A stretch of 63,935 bases of DNA, counting the filler, from Rhizaria sp. SCN 62-66 (Eukaryota), in NCBI GenBank assembly GCA_001724265.1. It is 5 parts of 5 records of this genome, joined end to end, with 100 filler letters (N's around TTAATTAATTAA, not from the genome) between each part and the next. Parts side by side here need not be neighbours in the genome. Positions count along the whole stretch, not along the records: positions 23,211 to 45,141 come from MEDY01000682.1; positions 45,242 to 55,102 come from MEDY01000683.1; 3 more parts are not named here. One strand, 5' to 3'. Numbering within the stretch: the first letter of the stretch is position 1; each line of letters begins with the position of its first letter. A program made the translations under genes and the position numbers. The notes under the pieces were generated by a model that had not been told where the DNA came from, ran no database searches, and saw nothing but the letters and a program-made list of their open reading frames with translations. Positions 35,233-49,100 of this stretch are shown here, piece after piece.

Positions 35233-38200
35233 ATGTCATTTACTGCCCCTCGTGGGCGCCTGGTGCGCATTTGCGCCGACTACCAAGTCGGCTTCGTCTC
35301 GGACATTGAGGGCGACCTCGACCACTTAGAGCGCTTCCTCGACATCTCGCACGTCGTCACACGCGTTCCTGCGACGCCCGCGCTCTACGGTGTCGGCGCC
35401 GTGCCGCTCAACACGTCTGCTGGAGTTAGCACAGCTACCCAATCTGCTGCCTTGCCGCAATCGCGCGCCGACGACCGTGACAACAGCGACGTCTCGCAAT
35501 CCCAGCCGCTCCCACAGCTACAATCGCGGTCGCCACAGTGCGAGTCTGAGCAGGCTGAGTCATGGGAAGCGTGCGCAGTGGCGACCGCGGTAGCGCGCGG
35601 GCGCTTGCAGCTGCAGGGCCGGTTCCCCGCGCCCGTCTACTACGGCGCCACGGCCGCCGCGGGCTCGCCGCTTCCGCCCTACCCGGTCCCCCTCACCACG
35701 CTGCCCTGGCCGCCTGCCTCCTGCAGCAGCAGCGCCGCCTCTGCAGACAGCAGTGGCGACGACAACGAGGTTGTTGCCGCGGAGGCTCTGGCCGAGGCGG
35801 CGTGGCCGTGGCTGCGCGCGTTCGTGTGCGACCCGTGCCCTATCGTCGCGCCCGTCCCCTGGGAGCTCGCCCTCGTCTCCAACTCGAGCTCCAGCCCCAA
35901 CCTCAGCTCCAGTGACTCCAGTGACCTGAGTGCGAGTACAAGAAACAGCAGCGGCGCGCCGCGGTCGTTCTTCGTGTTCGGCGGCGACGCGTTCGACAAG
36001 GGCGACGACGTGACGACGGCGTCAATCATCACCACGCTCAAGCGGCGCTTCCCGCGGCGCGTCGGGCTTATCCTGGGTAACCGCGACACAAACAAAATGA
36101 AGCTCGCGTCCGAGCTCGCGGCCGGCGAGGTTGGCGCAATCGACGTCATGCCCCTTCTCCACGCCCAGCAGCAGCAGCAGCAGCAGCAGCTCCAACACGG
36201 CTCGCACGGCCACCAGCACCAGCACCACTCGCCGCAACACGCCCACGGCGACAAGCATCACCACTCTACCAGCGGCGGCAGTGTGCCTGCTCCCCCGGTC
36301 CGCACCGACGGCGACGGTGGCCACGGCCACAGACATGGACACGGGCAGAGCCACGAGCAGGGCGCGATCCCGTCGCTGGCGGCACTGCACGCGGCGGTGA
36401 CCTCACGCGCGCTGCGGTCCTCGCTCAACAAGCGCACGGCGGGGCCCTTCTGGCTGCCGCTGGGGCATCCGCTGCGCGGGCCCGAGCCCGGCGAGTACTA
36501 TAAGACGCTCATCGCCGACAAGGGACTGCACGGCGCGCGCGAAGCGGCGGCCGGTGCTCACGGTCACTCTAGCGATGCCGGCCACGGTCATGGCCACGGC
36601 CAGAGCCACGCTGGCGCGGGCGGCGTCGCACTCGCGCCCGCTCTGTCTCTCCATGGCGGCGACAAGAGCACCGCGCACGACAATGCCGGCGCAGCGAGTG
36701 CGAGCGCGCTGGGCGCTGTGGCGGAGCGCGTGCTCGCGGACCTGGCCGCGGCCGACTGCGCGCCGTCCCCGGCCGACTGCGACCCGGCCGCGCTTCTGGC
36801 GGTGGGCTGCGCGGGCATCCCGCCGCTGCTTCCCGCGACGGCGCTCACGGCCACGCGGCTGGCCAAGCTGCGCTGGATGCTCGACCACACGATGGGCTGC
36901 GGCGCCGTGTTCGAAGACCGGCGCGACGAGCTCGCGCGCGGCTACGGGGCGCGCGCGCGCCAGTGTCTCCGCCTTCTGATCCAGAACCAGAGCTTCCGCA
37001 ACGGCGCCGGCGCTCGTGTCGAAGCAGTGGACGCGGAAGTGCGGCGGCAGCTGGCGGGGCGGATGGAGCAGTTCCTGCTCTCGCTTACTGCGGCCACGGC
37101 GGGCGCGAGAGGCGGCGCGCACCGGCCCGGCGCCAGCGCGGTGCACACGGCCTGCGGCGCCAACGCGGAGCCCGCGTGCGGTGCGCGCGCCGTGACCGCG
37201 CCCGCACCCGCGCTGTGCCAGTCGCAGCTCACTGTGCCCACGGGCGCGGTGCCCGACGCGCACGTGCTGCTGTCGTTTACGCGCGGCACGGGCGCGCCGT
37301 GGGGCTTTATGCGGCGCTACCTGCGCCACGCGCAGCCCACGGCCGTGGTTGGCGACTCGATCTTCACGCATGGCGGGCTCGACGCGGACATCATCGGCTT
37401 CGTGCCCGACCCGCGCGCGCACGCTGACCACCGCAGGCTGGCGCCGCTGTATCGCATGTCGGGCCACGCGCCCGCGCACGCGGGCACCGACTGCGGCGAG
37501 ACCGACGCCAGCGGCCGCCACATCTGCGAGGCGGAGGACGACGAGGACGACGACGCGTTCGTGGACCACGAGTGCAAGCGCGGGCTGAGGCCGCACAACC
37601 CCGACAAAGTCATCAGTCCCACGAACCCTGCCGCCGCGCCTGCACCTGCGACTACGGCACACGGCGCTGCCGCGGCGACTGCGGTCCCCAGCGCGGCGCC
37701 CGAGCTGGCGACCGTCGCGTCGACGGGCAAGCCCTTCAACGACCGCGCCCCCGGCGTGGACCTGAAGCTGAGCCGGCCCGTCGCCGAGTGGTCCGCCGCG
37801 ATCAACGTTATCGCGCGCGACGCGGTGGCGGCCTGGGAGGCGTGGCCGTGGTACCGCTCGCGCGGCGGGGCCCGGCAGGCGCGCGCGCTCGTCGGCGTGT
37901 GGCGGCACGACGTTGACGACGACGGACACGGCGAGCATGCCGGCCACACGCGCCACGGCGAGGGCAAGGCAGAGACGACGTCTATCCAGCACAGTGTGCA
38001 GCACGGTGTGCAGCGCGGCGCGGCGCTGCCGGTGCGTGGTGCTGTGCAGCCTCGTGGATGCTCCGGCACGAGTACCAGTGCAAATGCTGGGGTGAATCCG
38101 AGTAGCTACGGTGTGAATGTGCTGCGTGACCCTTACACGACCCCTTACACTGCGAATTACGCACTGACCCAGCTGAACCCCGCGCTCACCGTCGCATCGC

Positions 38201-40118
38201 CCCAGCCTGCTTTGATTGCACAAGAGACCGAGAGCGCGAGCCACAGCAGCAACGTCGCGCACGCCAGCGCGAGCGCGAGCGCGGGCGCTGGCGGCGCGCA
38301 GTACCCGACGGTGCAGTCGGTGCTGTCGCTAGTCCCCAGCCCGCGCCGGTCAGCCGAGGCGCTCTACGTGGCCGCGCTCGCCGCCACCGTGAGCAGCAGC
38401 AGCGGCGCCTACTCAGCCTCGAGCGCCGAGAGCGACGTCGTCGGGTCGAGCCGCGAGCTCGGCATCCTCTACCCCGCGACCGGGCCCAGTGCACTTTGGG
38501 ACTGCCCGCCCTCGCAGGCCGCAGCGGCGCGAAACAGCGCTGGACAGTCCGCCCTGGGCAATGTAACGCATGCGAGTGCTGCCGGTGCGCCGCCGCCGAT
38601 GTGGCTGACTCAGTCGCTGCACGCGAACCCGTCGCAGGCCCTGTTCGAGCCCGGACTGCCGTTTAGCACTGACGATGACACTGCTAGCTTAGGGGCTTGC
38701 AACAAGAGTAGAGCAACTGCAACAGTGTCCGCAGCAATGGCAGCCACCGAGGACTCGGAGCCCTCAACTGCAGCCGCGCGATATTACAGTATCCTCAACA
38801 ATAGCAACGCTAAAGGCAGCAAAAACAGCAGTAGCAGTGTGGCATCGAATGTTGTGTCGACTGCGAGTGCGTTTACTTCCGTCCTGCGGTCAGCCGCAGT
38901 CACCGCGGCCGCGGCCTCCGTCGCCGACACAGTGAGCGTACGCGGCGACAAGAGAGTCTTCTCGCCCCTCGTGGTGCCGCTAGCGCCGCGCGACGACCCC
39001 CTGTCGTTCGCACCCCTCAGCTCGTCGCCGGCCTTTCCCTACATGTACGCCCCGCCGTCCGCCGCGGCCGTGGCCGCCTCTCACGCGTACAGCCACGGCC
39101 ACGCGGCTCACGGCCACCGCGCGACGCCCGCGCAGTCGGCTGACGCCGCGACGCGGGCACTGTCGCCGTACCTGATGCTGCCCGCTGCGGGCGACGTGGG
39201 CGGCGCCGCGCTCGACGCAGCCGGCCTGCGCGCGGACCCCGCGTGGTGGCCGCTGCCGCACCCGCGCGTGTCGCTACCGCCGCTGGTTGCACAGCTGCCG
39301 CCGCGCCTGCGCGCCGCCGCGGTCACGGGCGAGCTCGCGCTCTGGGACATCGCGTCGCCCTACACCACCGCTGCCGATGCGGCCGCAGCCACCGCAGCAC
39401 CCCTGGGCCAGGGCCAGAGCGAACATATGGATGGCAGTGTGCGTGCGACCGCAACTGTGACTACAACTTCGCCTGCGAGCGAGAGTGCGTGTGACACGGC
39501 GAGCCACCGCGAGCAGGGCCCGTACCCGACATCGCTGGCGGTCGCGGTGCGCGCGAGCAACCGGTACCGAGTGCGCGCAGGCAACACACTCATGGGCTAC
39601 GGATACCGGCCCGCGGCGGGCGGGCGCACCGTGATCGTGCGCAACCACTTCAACAACAGCAGCAACCCCGTCTGGAAGGACGCCGCCACCGTCACGATCG
39701 CCCGGGCCGGCGGGGCGCGCAACGGCGGCAACGGCAGTCGCGCTGCCCGGAGCTGCGGTGCGACTGGCTCGACAACGCTGCTCCCGTCCGTGTACACCGG
39801 ACGCAGTGGCGACGCGGCGGGCTCTGGCGCCGGCGCGGTGCGGCCCGTGCGCGCGGGCGTGGGGCTCGTGCGCGTGCTCAGCGGCCACGTGCCGTGGGGC
39901 GACTCGCCCGCGCTGATGCGCCACACGCTGCGCATCGCACCGTCGCAGGCCGGCAAGGGCGGCGATGCAGACGCGAGTGGCGGCGCGGCCGTCGTCTCCG
40001 CGGGCGCGGCCGCCGCGAGCCTGTTCGAGGTCGTGATCTCCGACTCGAGCTACAGTTCCGGCCGCTGCACGCGCCGCCTCTCACCCGCGCTCGCTGCGGA
40101 AGCCGCCGCACTCATCTC

Positions 40119-40150
<32 letters not shown>

Positions 40151-41490
40151 GCGTCGCGTCGGTGGGCAGCACTGGCTCCATCAAGACCGCGGGCAGCGCG
40201 AGCCATGTGTACGCGACCGACTTCCCGGTTCGCAGGCACGCGTGGGAGGCCAAGAACAAGAACCGCGCTCGGCTGGCCCCGCCCGCGGCCGCCATCACGC
40301 ACAGCGGCGGCGGGGCTGCCCCCGGCGTGAGCGCTGTGTGCGACGAGGCCGGGACGGCGGTGGTGACCGTGCCCACGCCCGCCGCGCGCATCGCTGTGGC
40401 CGAGGTGCTGATTCGCGGCGGCACCGTGTTCGCAACGCTTCCCGCTCTCCACAACAGCAGCAACATCAACACAGACGGTGCTGCGAAGACTGCCGTCGCT
40501 GGCCCCGTGGCGGCGCTCGAGTTTACGGTCACGACCGTGCACGGCGTGCTGGCCGACGGCTCGCCGTACTCGTACCTGCTCGCGCCGAGCCTCCTCGCCG
40601 AGGCGCCCGCGGCCGTGCGCAGCGCTGCCGACACCTTCGCGCGCGTGCTCGCGCTCAGCAACAATGCGAATGATAGCAACAGCGACAACTCGGACATGAA
40701 CGCGAATGTCCGTGCAAGCGCGAGTTCGGAGCCTCTCGAGTGTTTCGACCGCCTGTTCGCGTCCGCGCTGCCCGCGGGCACGCGCGTGGCGGACGCGCTG
40801 CGTCTGCGCCGCGACTACCTGCTCGCCGCGCGCGCCGATCTGGCCAACGCGCTGGGCTGCGATGGGCTTGTCGGCCTTTGCGTCGGCGCCGATGCTAACG
40901 CCGCCACGGCCGCGGCTGCCGCCGAGAGCGCTGTGGACCCCAAGGCGGCCGCCGCGGCGGCTGCGGAGGCCGCGGCGGCGGGCGTGGCGGCCGCGGCCGC
41001 GGTACCCGGGCTGCCCGCGGGGTTCACGCTAGAGCCCGTGCCTGGCCGCGAGGGCCTCGCGGGCTACTGGGTCAAGGCTAAGGTTCCGCTCGCGCGCCTC
41101 GCCGCGGGCAGCGCCAGTGGCAGCGCCGGTGCGGCAGGGGCCGCGTCTGCGGGCGTGGACACAGGGCTGCCGCGGTGGGACGGCGACTTCGCGGCGCGTC
41201 TGCACGTGGCGCTCGCCAGCGACGCCGCGCTCGCGCAGCTCGCGGCCGCGCCCGGCGACAATGCGGCGGCGGCCGCGGCGGCCGCGGTGCCGGGCGCTGA
41301 GCTGTTCCGGTCCGCGTTCGAGGCGGGCCCGTGTGCGTACGTGCTGGCGCGCGCGCATGGCCACGTGCTTGACTACGTGTACCTGCGCAGGGACGAGCTC
41401 GCGCAGCGCGTTCGCAGCTGGGACACGCCCGAGGGCGTCGACGACGTTGAGTGCGACGGTGGGGTCAGGCTGCTGCAGGCGATGTTCTGA
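35233..41490 (+). CDS. Calcineurin-like metallophosphoesterase with very large low-complexity insertions
   Basis: Ordered motifs FVSDIEG, FGGDAFDKG, LGNRDTNK, FTHGG, SGHVPWG and SDSSYS. Start could be 35114 or 35233. Ends TGA. Confidence 0.8.
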
Positions 41491-41915
41491 GCATGGCAGC
41501 AAGCAAACCGGCTGGCAATGGATTAATAACGGGTGAAGCGTAATGTGAGCTTCTGCATTCCCAACTTGAATTTAATAATGTGAACAACTCAGCAGAGCAA
41601 TAAATCCCTCGTATCTACTGTATTGTATGTGCTTATATGTATTTATACTTGATTTTATGTTGTTAATACGTGAATGAATGTCCTGTGACTTGTTTTGTGG
41701 AAAAACGACTGTCATCCACCAGTGACCCTCCTCGAAAGAGGAGACGACGAAGGTTACGAAAGAACTGTCTGACTCTCGCTACAGTGACCGTCATCTGGTA
41801 CGTGGACACCAAAGCCGATAGCTAGTGAAGACTTTGCTTCTATAAGTGATTTAGTGGCAGCGCCAAAGATTGTCTATCACTGTGATATCCTGGCTCTAAG
41901 CCCAGCTACGACCCG

Positions 41916-43468
41916 ATGTCGTCGTCTGCTCTCTACTGCCACCATTGCTCGCGCCCCGTCGCTATTGACGGCTCGAAACCTCCGTCTGGTACGTTGTACT
42001 ATTTGTATTTATAGCTATATGTCAGTCTCCGGTGATATAATCTGCTTCACAATTGATTAACCGTCCTCAGTCTGACCTTCTCAACAACACCCCTCAACTG
42101 ACCACACCGATCCAACCTCTCCCACACCATCTTCCTGACGTTCTCTTTCGCCCAACTACGACACATTTGCCGCACACTTTTGCAGAACACGTTATCGATG
42201 ACGCGATTGCGTCTCTGACTTTCCCGAACACGGACGCTGGTGCGCGCGCCGAGCACGAGCCGACGCTGCACCGGCTCTACGCGCTGCGCGAAGCCTCGCT
42301 GGCGGCCGCCGCCGCGGCGGGCTCGCAGACGCCGCTGATGCCGCCGCCCGAGCAGCTGCAGGGCACGATCCTGGCGCTCTATGCGGCGGCGTCCGACCTG
42401 ACGCAGCTGCGGCAGCCGATCTGCCCGCGGTGCTGCGCCGAGGCCTCACGCAAGGCGCAGGCGCGTATCGGCGCGCTCACCGAGGAGCACGCGGCGCTGC
42501 ACAGACTGCTCACGCAGCTGCAGGCGCGCAGGGCCGCCGCCGAGGCCACCGCCGCGGAGGAGGAGGCGCGCCTTGCCGCCGCGGCTGCCGCGCTCGAGGC
42601 GCTCGCCGGCAGCCAGCAGAGCAACAACACAAACTCCACCTCTGCGGATGTGGGCGTGACAGTGAGCGCTGCCGAGGCCGAGGCCGCGGTGGCCGCCTCA
42701 GAGGCCGCGCTCGAGGCGGACGCGGCGGCCGCGCTGCTGGAGCGCGCCGCGCTGGCGGCCGAGTCGGCGGCGCTGGCGCAGGAGCTCACGGCGCTGACTG
42801 CGGCCGATAAGGCCGTGCTGCGCGGGCACCAGTCGCTGCAGACGCTCAAAGCGGACTTCGAGGAGGCGCTCTACGCGGCCGAGGAAGACAGCGAGAAGCT
42901 CGCGTACGACCTGACGCAGCTGATGTTGGCGTCACCGCTGCAGGACCTGTTCCCGATCGCCGTCGACGGGCACATCGCCGTCATCAGCTCCTTCCGGCTG
43001 GGCCGCCTACCCACGGTGCCCGTCGAGTGGGCCGAAGTCAACCAGGCGCTGGGCCAGGTCGCGCTCATGGTCGAGGTGCTGCGCAAGCTGACGGGCACCG
43101 CGCTGCCGGGCGGCATGAAGCTCGTGCCCAAGGGCCCGCAGTCGGGTATCGTGCGCGGCGCGGACCAGGTGCTGCTGCCGCTATGGCGCAGCGAGTCGGG
43201 GCTCGCCAACGCACTCTTCCGCGCCACGGGCTTCTCCGACGCACTCACCGCGCTGCTCGCCTGCGTGGGCGCGCTGGGGCAGCGCGCCGCGGCGGGCGAC
43301 GACACGCTCGCGCGCATGCTCTACCCAATCGACGCCGAGGCCGGGACCATCGGAGGCGTATCAGTGCGCTACCAGGGCTCGCAGCAAGAGGGCGAGTGGA
43401 CGCGCGCGCTCAAGTACCTCCTCATCAACTGCCAGGTCGCGCTCTCGGGCGCCAGGCCCGCGCAGTGA
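41916..43468 (+). CDS. ATG6: Beclin-1 / Atg6 / Vps30; 2 exons (41916-41988, 42186-43468)
   Basis: Exon 1 MSSSALYCHHCSRPV carries the N-terminal CxxC; GTACGT...GCAG intron joins in frame. Then PICPRC, coiled coil, and BARA motifs FRLGRLPTVPVEWAEVNQALGQ and EWTRALKYLLIN. Ends TGA. Confidence 0.92.
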
Positions 43469-44475
43469 ACAGTGCTTTGTATCGATGCACTGGTGAGCAC
43501 CGCGGGACAACCGCGAACTCGCGGTGACGCGTTCCACTGTGTGCGCTGTACCGCGTAAGTGAAAGCAACCCAATGAGATGGCGGTGGGTATAAGACTACA
43601 AAGGCTATTTTCCGGGCGTTCTCTTTCTATTTCCAACATACTGGTGTTCTGAGTTCAATTATAGAAGTGGAATAATTGGAAATGTTTATGTGACTCAGGT
43701 CGTGCTCACGGTCACTTGGGACGTCCAAGGACAGATATCAGGGAATAAATCATTGTATTTAGATCAAAATATAGCCATCTGCTATACCAGTATAAAACAG
43801 ACTAGTTCATACCAGAAACCAACATTATTATTTTGAACAGGTAAAACTGCGCTGCGCTTGCCACAGTAATAGGTTATGCTGACTGGGCTGCTCACGGTCA
43901 CCCGGATCGACCACGTCGGCTCTGTCGGGTGAAGAGTAAGGTGTGCGGAGCGGGATTCCAACGACGATATCTGCGAATGGACAGGGAGATTTGAATGAAA
44001 TTAATCATCATAGTATTTTGCACACTTGCGTTGCTATGGTGTCTCTTTTAGAATTTCACAAAATGATATGTATAGGTGTCTATTATTCAGTTGACTTTTA
44101 GGCGGGGTAGATGAGGTTGCGAAGTTCGACGTGACCTATTTTCACTCCCGTGACCTAACACAACCTGCGTTCAGACAATTGAAGAGGTTTTCGGAGACAA
44201 CATCTATTATAGCATGCTGTAGTCATCGAGATCAACCTATGCTCCTCTATATCACTTGCTGAGCGTCCCCTTTCTTGCGTCGACCATTGATTCTCCGTCC
44301 ATCTTACTCTCCTTCTCTCTTTGCCCGTATATCTTGATCCATAGCCTCAGTCTCTGTCCTCTACAGACCTGACAATCGTTTGTTTGTATAACCCCCTTTT
44401 CCATAGTCCGCAGTAAGACCTTGGCTCCCGCGTCCCGCTTTTCCGCCCGCCTCCCCCCGCGCATCGCCCCGCGCT

Positions 44476-45141
44476 ATGTCCGCTCCGCCGTCTTCCGGCG
44501 CCCCCGCCCTGCTCCCGGCGGGGTCAGCACCTTCTAACCCGCCCGCGGCCACCGCGCCCGCGGCCCCGACCGACTGGTACGCATTTCCGCCCGAGGGCGA
44601 CGATGACGCTGAGGACGACTTCGACCCCCTCGGCGCCTTCGACGCGCCCGCCGCAGGCGCCGCAGGCCCGGGCGCTGCCGACGACGACTTCGGCTTCGAT
44701 CCCCTCGACATGGGCTCCAGCCGGACCCCCGCCGCCGGCGCTGCCGCGGCCGCGGCGGGCGAGTCAGCCGAGGAGGCTGCCGCCAAGCGCCGCGCGCTGC
44801 TGCTGCAGCAGTCACACTTCGCCGACGACGCCTTCGAGGTCGTCTCCGCTCCCGCGCCCGCGCTGGCGCCCGCCGCGCCCGCGGCCACCGCCGCGCTCAC
44901 GCCCCCGGCTCCCGCAGCCGGGCTGCTCGAGGTTGTGCTCGCAGGCTCCACGTCCTCGGCCGCCGCCGCCGCCGCGGGCCCGCGCGCCGCCCCGCACCAC
45001 CACGGCCACGGCCACCACGGCCACGGCCACCACGGCCACGGCGGCCGCGGCCAGGGCGCGACGTTTGCGCGCTCCAAGCTCGCGCTGCCGAAGCCGCTCC
45101 CCAGCAGCATGTACGCGGCCGCCGCGACGCCCTCCGCGCTC
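44476..45141 (+). CDS. 5' part of an unknown Ala/Pro/His-rich protein, cut by contig end
   Basis: GC-rich ORF with host codon usage, DDFDPL-type acidic motifs and an HGH repeat. Confidence 0.6.
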
Positions 45142-45241
45142 NNNNNNNNNNNNNNNNNNNNNNNNNNNNNNNNNNNNNNNNNNNNTTAATTAATTAANNN
45201 NNNNNNNNNNNNNNNNNNNNNNNNNNNNNNNNNNNNNNNNN
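45142..45241. other. Artificial contig linker
   Basis: Same spacer. Confidence 0.98.
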
Positions 45242-45535
45242 CCCGTGAAAGAGGCGGTGCCCGTCAACCTCAGGTGCCGAAGCGTACTGGAGAAGGCGAA
45301 ATTCCCGACGATCAACATGACGGCGTCGACGTGCATGGACTTGGTGATGCTGCATGAGCTCATGGTCACCTGCAGGTGGACCGACGAGCAGGATCCCTAC
45401 TACGGTGCGCTTCTCGCGTACCTCGCGGAGGTCGGTCCCGCGACGGGGCACACGGCCAGCGCGGCGCTCGAAATCCTCAACACCGCCACTAAGCAGGTGC
45501 AGCAGCCTGCGAAGAAAGCGAGGACGACAAACTAA
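45242..45535 (+). CDS. 3' end of an unknown ORF (5'-partial)
   Basis: Open from the contig start to TAA, coding-like composition, basic C-terminus (PAKKARTTN). No family recognised. Confidence 0.4.
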   Translation, partial: PVKEAVPVNLRCRSVLEKAKFPTINMTASTCMDLVMLHELMVTCRWTDEQDPYYGALLAYLAEVGPATGHTASAALEILNTATKQVQQPAKKARTTN

Positions 45536-46108
45536 CAGCAAGAGATCAAAGAGGTATGCAATCCTCAAAGGGCAAGTAATTCGACGAAAGACAGGGAAGG
45601 CGGTAGCACCATGCAAGCGCTGAATGGGGAGTTGTTGCGCCACCTTGAGGAGACACGCGCCTTTAAAGTACAGATGTACCAAGCTAAATAATAGTGAAAC
45701 AGTTTACTTTTTATGAAATGGAGAATAAACCTATTGGAAATTTTGCCACCCGCTATTTAATTTTAAAACATAACTATACTTGATGAGTTTTCGGAAAAAC
45801 AGCGTTTGTTGTTGACTGGTTTTTGGATTCGTGGTGAGAGTGACCAGCGCGTGAGTGCCAACTGTCCGTCTTCTTCAAATCAAATGTTAGTTCGTTTCGT
45901 GTATGGTGACACCCGTTCAAGCTTAAAGGCAACAATGAGAGTATGCGACTTGTTTATAACTGTATTTTAAACTCTCACAGAAGTGTTTTCCTCTTTGTTT
46001 TTTCTAGTCCAGAGTCCGGTTGACTACTTCAGAACGGTTTTAAGGCAAGCTTTTACCTTTCCACACTATTTCTGAGCAGAAAGCTTGCTACCTTGTTTTG
46101 TACCCAAA

Positions 46109-49100
46109 ATGGGTTCAGACATCATCACGCAGGATGACTTTCTAGACACATTTTTACCCTTTGGCATTCCAACTGTTGCGACAGCGGTGCTCGCAGGCGT
46201 GTTCCTGTTCCTCTTGCGCGGCCAGCTCACCTACGTGGGACGATGGCTCGCCGTGGGCCCTGCTTCAGAGAAGAATGGGACTATTCTTGCCAGGTGGATT
46301 GCCGCAATGGGTTCTCTTGTTGTGCTAGTCACCGTTGCTCCCTTCGTTTTCCTCTATCTGTGGGCAGGCTTTTCCTTCTCGTCAGACACGACGCCATTAC
46401 TCTATGGGTTTGCCATTCTCTTTGTTGGCACTGCAATCTTCTCTGCGCTTATTGCACTGTCACTCTGGGCGAGCGCCGGATACCGGATGCCCCGCTCGAC
46501 GTCGCTGCTGCTCGCGCTCTCTGCCGCACTCCTGATTGCGTTCCAGCTCTCTTCGCTGTTTGCCGCATCCCCGCAGGCGCTCACGTTCCTGGGCGCATCG
46601 CTTGTTTGCCTTGCCGTCCAACTCCTCCCCACGGCGTACATGGTCTCGCTCGTCATTGACGGCCGCGTGCGTCCCGTTGCCGACTACGCGCTGATGGCGC
46701 TTACCGTGCCCACACTCGTGCAAATGCGCTGGGCCGCCGCCGTCGCGCCTCCGCCCGCGCAGGCCACCGCGCACCTCAGCAACAGCAACGCCGCCGCGGA
46801 CAATACCGCTGCCTCTGACAGCGCGTCGTCCGCTGCAACCGCGGTTGTTGCCGCGCCGGGCGAGGCGGTCCCTGCTGCCCCGTCGTCGACTGACCCCGCC
46901 GCCGTCGCTGCCGCGACTGTCTCTCCCTCTGCGCCGCCCGCGCGGTGGGTGTGGGGTGTGCACTTTGCGCTTTCGGCCGTGCTCTCGCTCGTGCTGCTGT
47001 GGTTGTATGCCGCGTACATCGAGAAGCTGCTGCCGCGCGCCGAGCCCGCGCGCCCCGCGGCGCTGGTTGCGGGCTACGCCACGGCCGCCGCGGTGACAGT
47101 GCTTGACGTCGCCGTGCTGCTGTGCGCACACGGCGGGCTCATCACGCGCGCCCCCGTCGGCGTGCTGGCGCTGGCGCTGTGCCGTCTGCTGCTTGTGGTG
47201 TTTGGCGACCGGTACTACTTTGTGGGACAAGCCTTTGCGTACCTACTCCTCGGCTGCGGTTTCGCGACCGCGCTCGTCGACTCGCTCTACCCGCCCACCA
47301 ACGCCGGCGACCTTGTCGTCGAGGCGCTCTCGGCCGACACGCACGGCCAGGCCGCGCGCCTGCTCGCCGCGGGCAGGACCGAGGGCCGGCGCACGTTGCC
47401 GCGTCCCGGCAGCGCCAGCGTTAGCGCGCGCAGGGCGGCGGGGTCCAAAGCCGCCGGCGCCGGCGCTGGTGTCGGCGGGGCTGCTGCAGCGGGCGAGGAC
47501 GAAGATGAAGACGCCGTGTTGCTCGGAACGGCCAGGACGCGCGCCCGCAAGGGCAGTCGGAGCAACAAGGCGCGCCACGCGCTGGACAACCAGGAAGAGG
47601 AGGAGAACGAGGACGCCGTCAAGATCACTCTCGCGCTGCCATCGCAGGGCAAGAAAACCGCCAACGCGCCCGCGCCCTCTACGATGGCTGCACCGCCCCC
47701 CCTGTCTGTGCTCGAGGAAGAGCAGATCAAGCAGCGCGATCTGTTTAAGGCTGTCTTTGCACCGCCCAAGGAGGCCGTCGCGGCTGAACCCGCTGCGCGG
47801 CAGGGCGCCGTGCTTTCCTGCCTCAACTGCTGCGTTTCGCGTGTGAGCTCTGGCGTGGCGACGCGGTTTGAGCTCGTCGCATTCGCGCTGCTGACTGTGG
47901 GCGCGATTGCCAGCACCATCTGCGCCGCCGTGCTCGACCTGCCGCGCATCGAGCTCGAGCGCTCGCACAGCCAGTACGTCGTCGGACTCGCCGCGCTGTT
48001 TATCACGCTGCTCTACACCACCGCGCTGGCGCTGCTGCGGTATTACGACAACTCAGAGCGCGCGCTGACTCTCCGCGTCGCACTGCTCGCACTGCTCTGG
48101 GTCGCGGGCGTCACTGGCGGTGGCGTCGCGTTTTACTACATCACCGACTCGGTCATTGTGCTTTCGCTCTGCTGCTTCATGCCATGGGTGCTGCTGCTTG
48201 CGCTCAGTCTGTACAACGCGTGGTGCGACAACGCCTTCCACTTCTTCGCGCCGGCCGTCACGCGCTCGCCGCCGTTCTGCGGACTGCGCGGCTTCCTGCG
48301 CTGCGGGTTCCCGCGCCGCGACTACGTCACGCTGGCCGCGCTCGCCGCGCTCGCGGGCCTCACCGTGGCGTGTGGCGGCGTCATCGCGGCCACGCAGACG
48401 CATCCGTGGAAGGGCTGGATTGTACCAGTGGTCGTCACGGCTGCGCTGGCCACGGTGTTTGCCATGCACCAGTGGTACTACCTCTGCGAGTTCACTGTGT
48501 CGATGGGCGCCGCGCTTGCCGCCGCCGCCGCCGTCATCATTGCCGGCCTTGTGCTCTGGTTTAAGACCTACGATGAGATGTGGCCCGCGTACCTAGCCCT
48601 CGCGTACGCCTTCTGCGTGCTCGTCTACCTGTCCCGGCTGCTGTATCTGCAGAACCAGCGCAAGTTCACGCCGTTCCTTGTCTTCCTGCTCGTGCTTACG
48701 TTCTTGTGCGCGCTGGCCGCGGCGGCCGTAGTGGTCGCGATCGCGACGCCCTGGCTTATCGGCGCCGCGCTTCTCCTCGCCGTCTGCCTCGCCGCGCTTG
48801 CGCCGATTCTCTACTACCACGCGTGGCGCCGCCTCTCCGCGCGCTACCCCGCGCTGTCCCCGTACCACCTCTACGTGCCGCTGGCCATCGTGCTGATCGC
48901 GTTCGCTGTCGCCGTGGGGCTCACTGATGGCAACGGGTTCGCAGCTTTCACCATTGCGTGGGGCGTGCTTTTCCTCGCCGCCGCCATTCACACCGCGCGC
49001 GTCGTCTTTTTCCCCGCGTCCTCGGAGCTCGGCAGCTACGCCCCGCGCGCGTTGCTGCCCGTGTTCACGCTGTCCACCCCAGTCTCGGGCTCAGCCGCGG

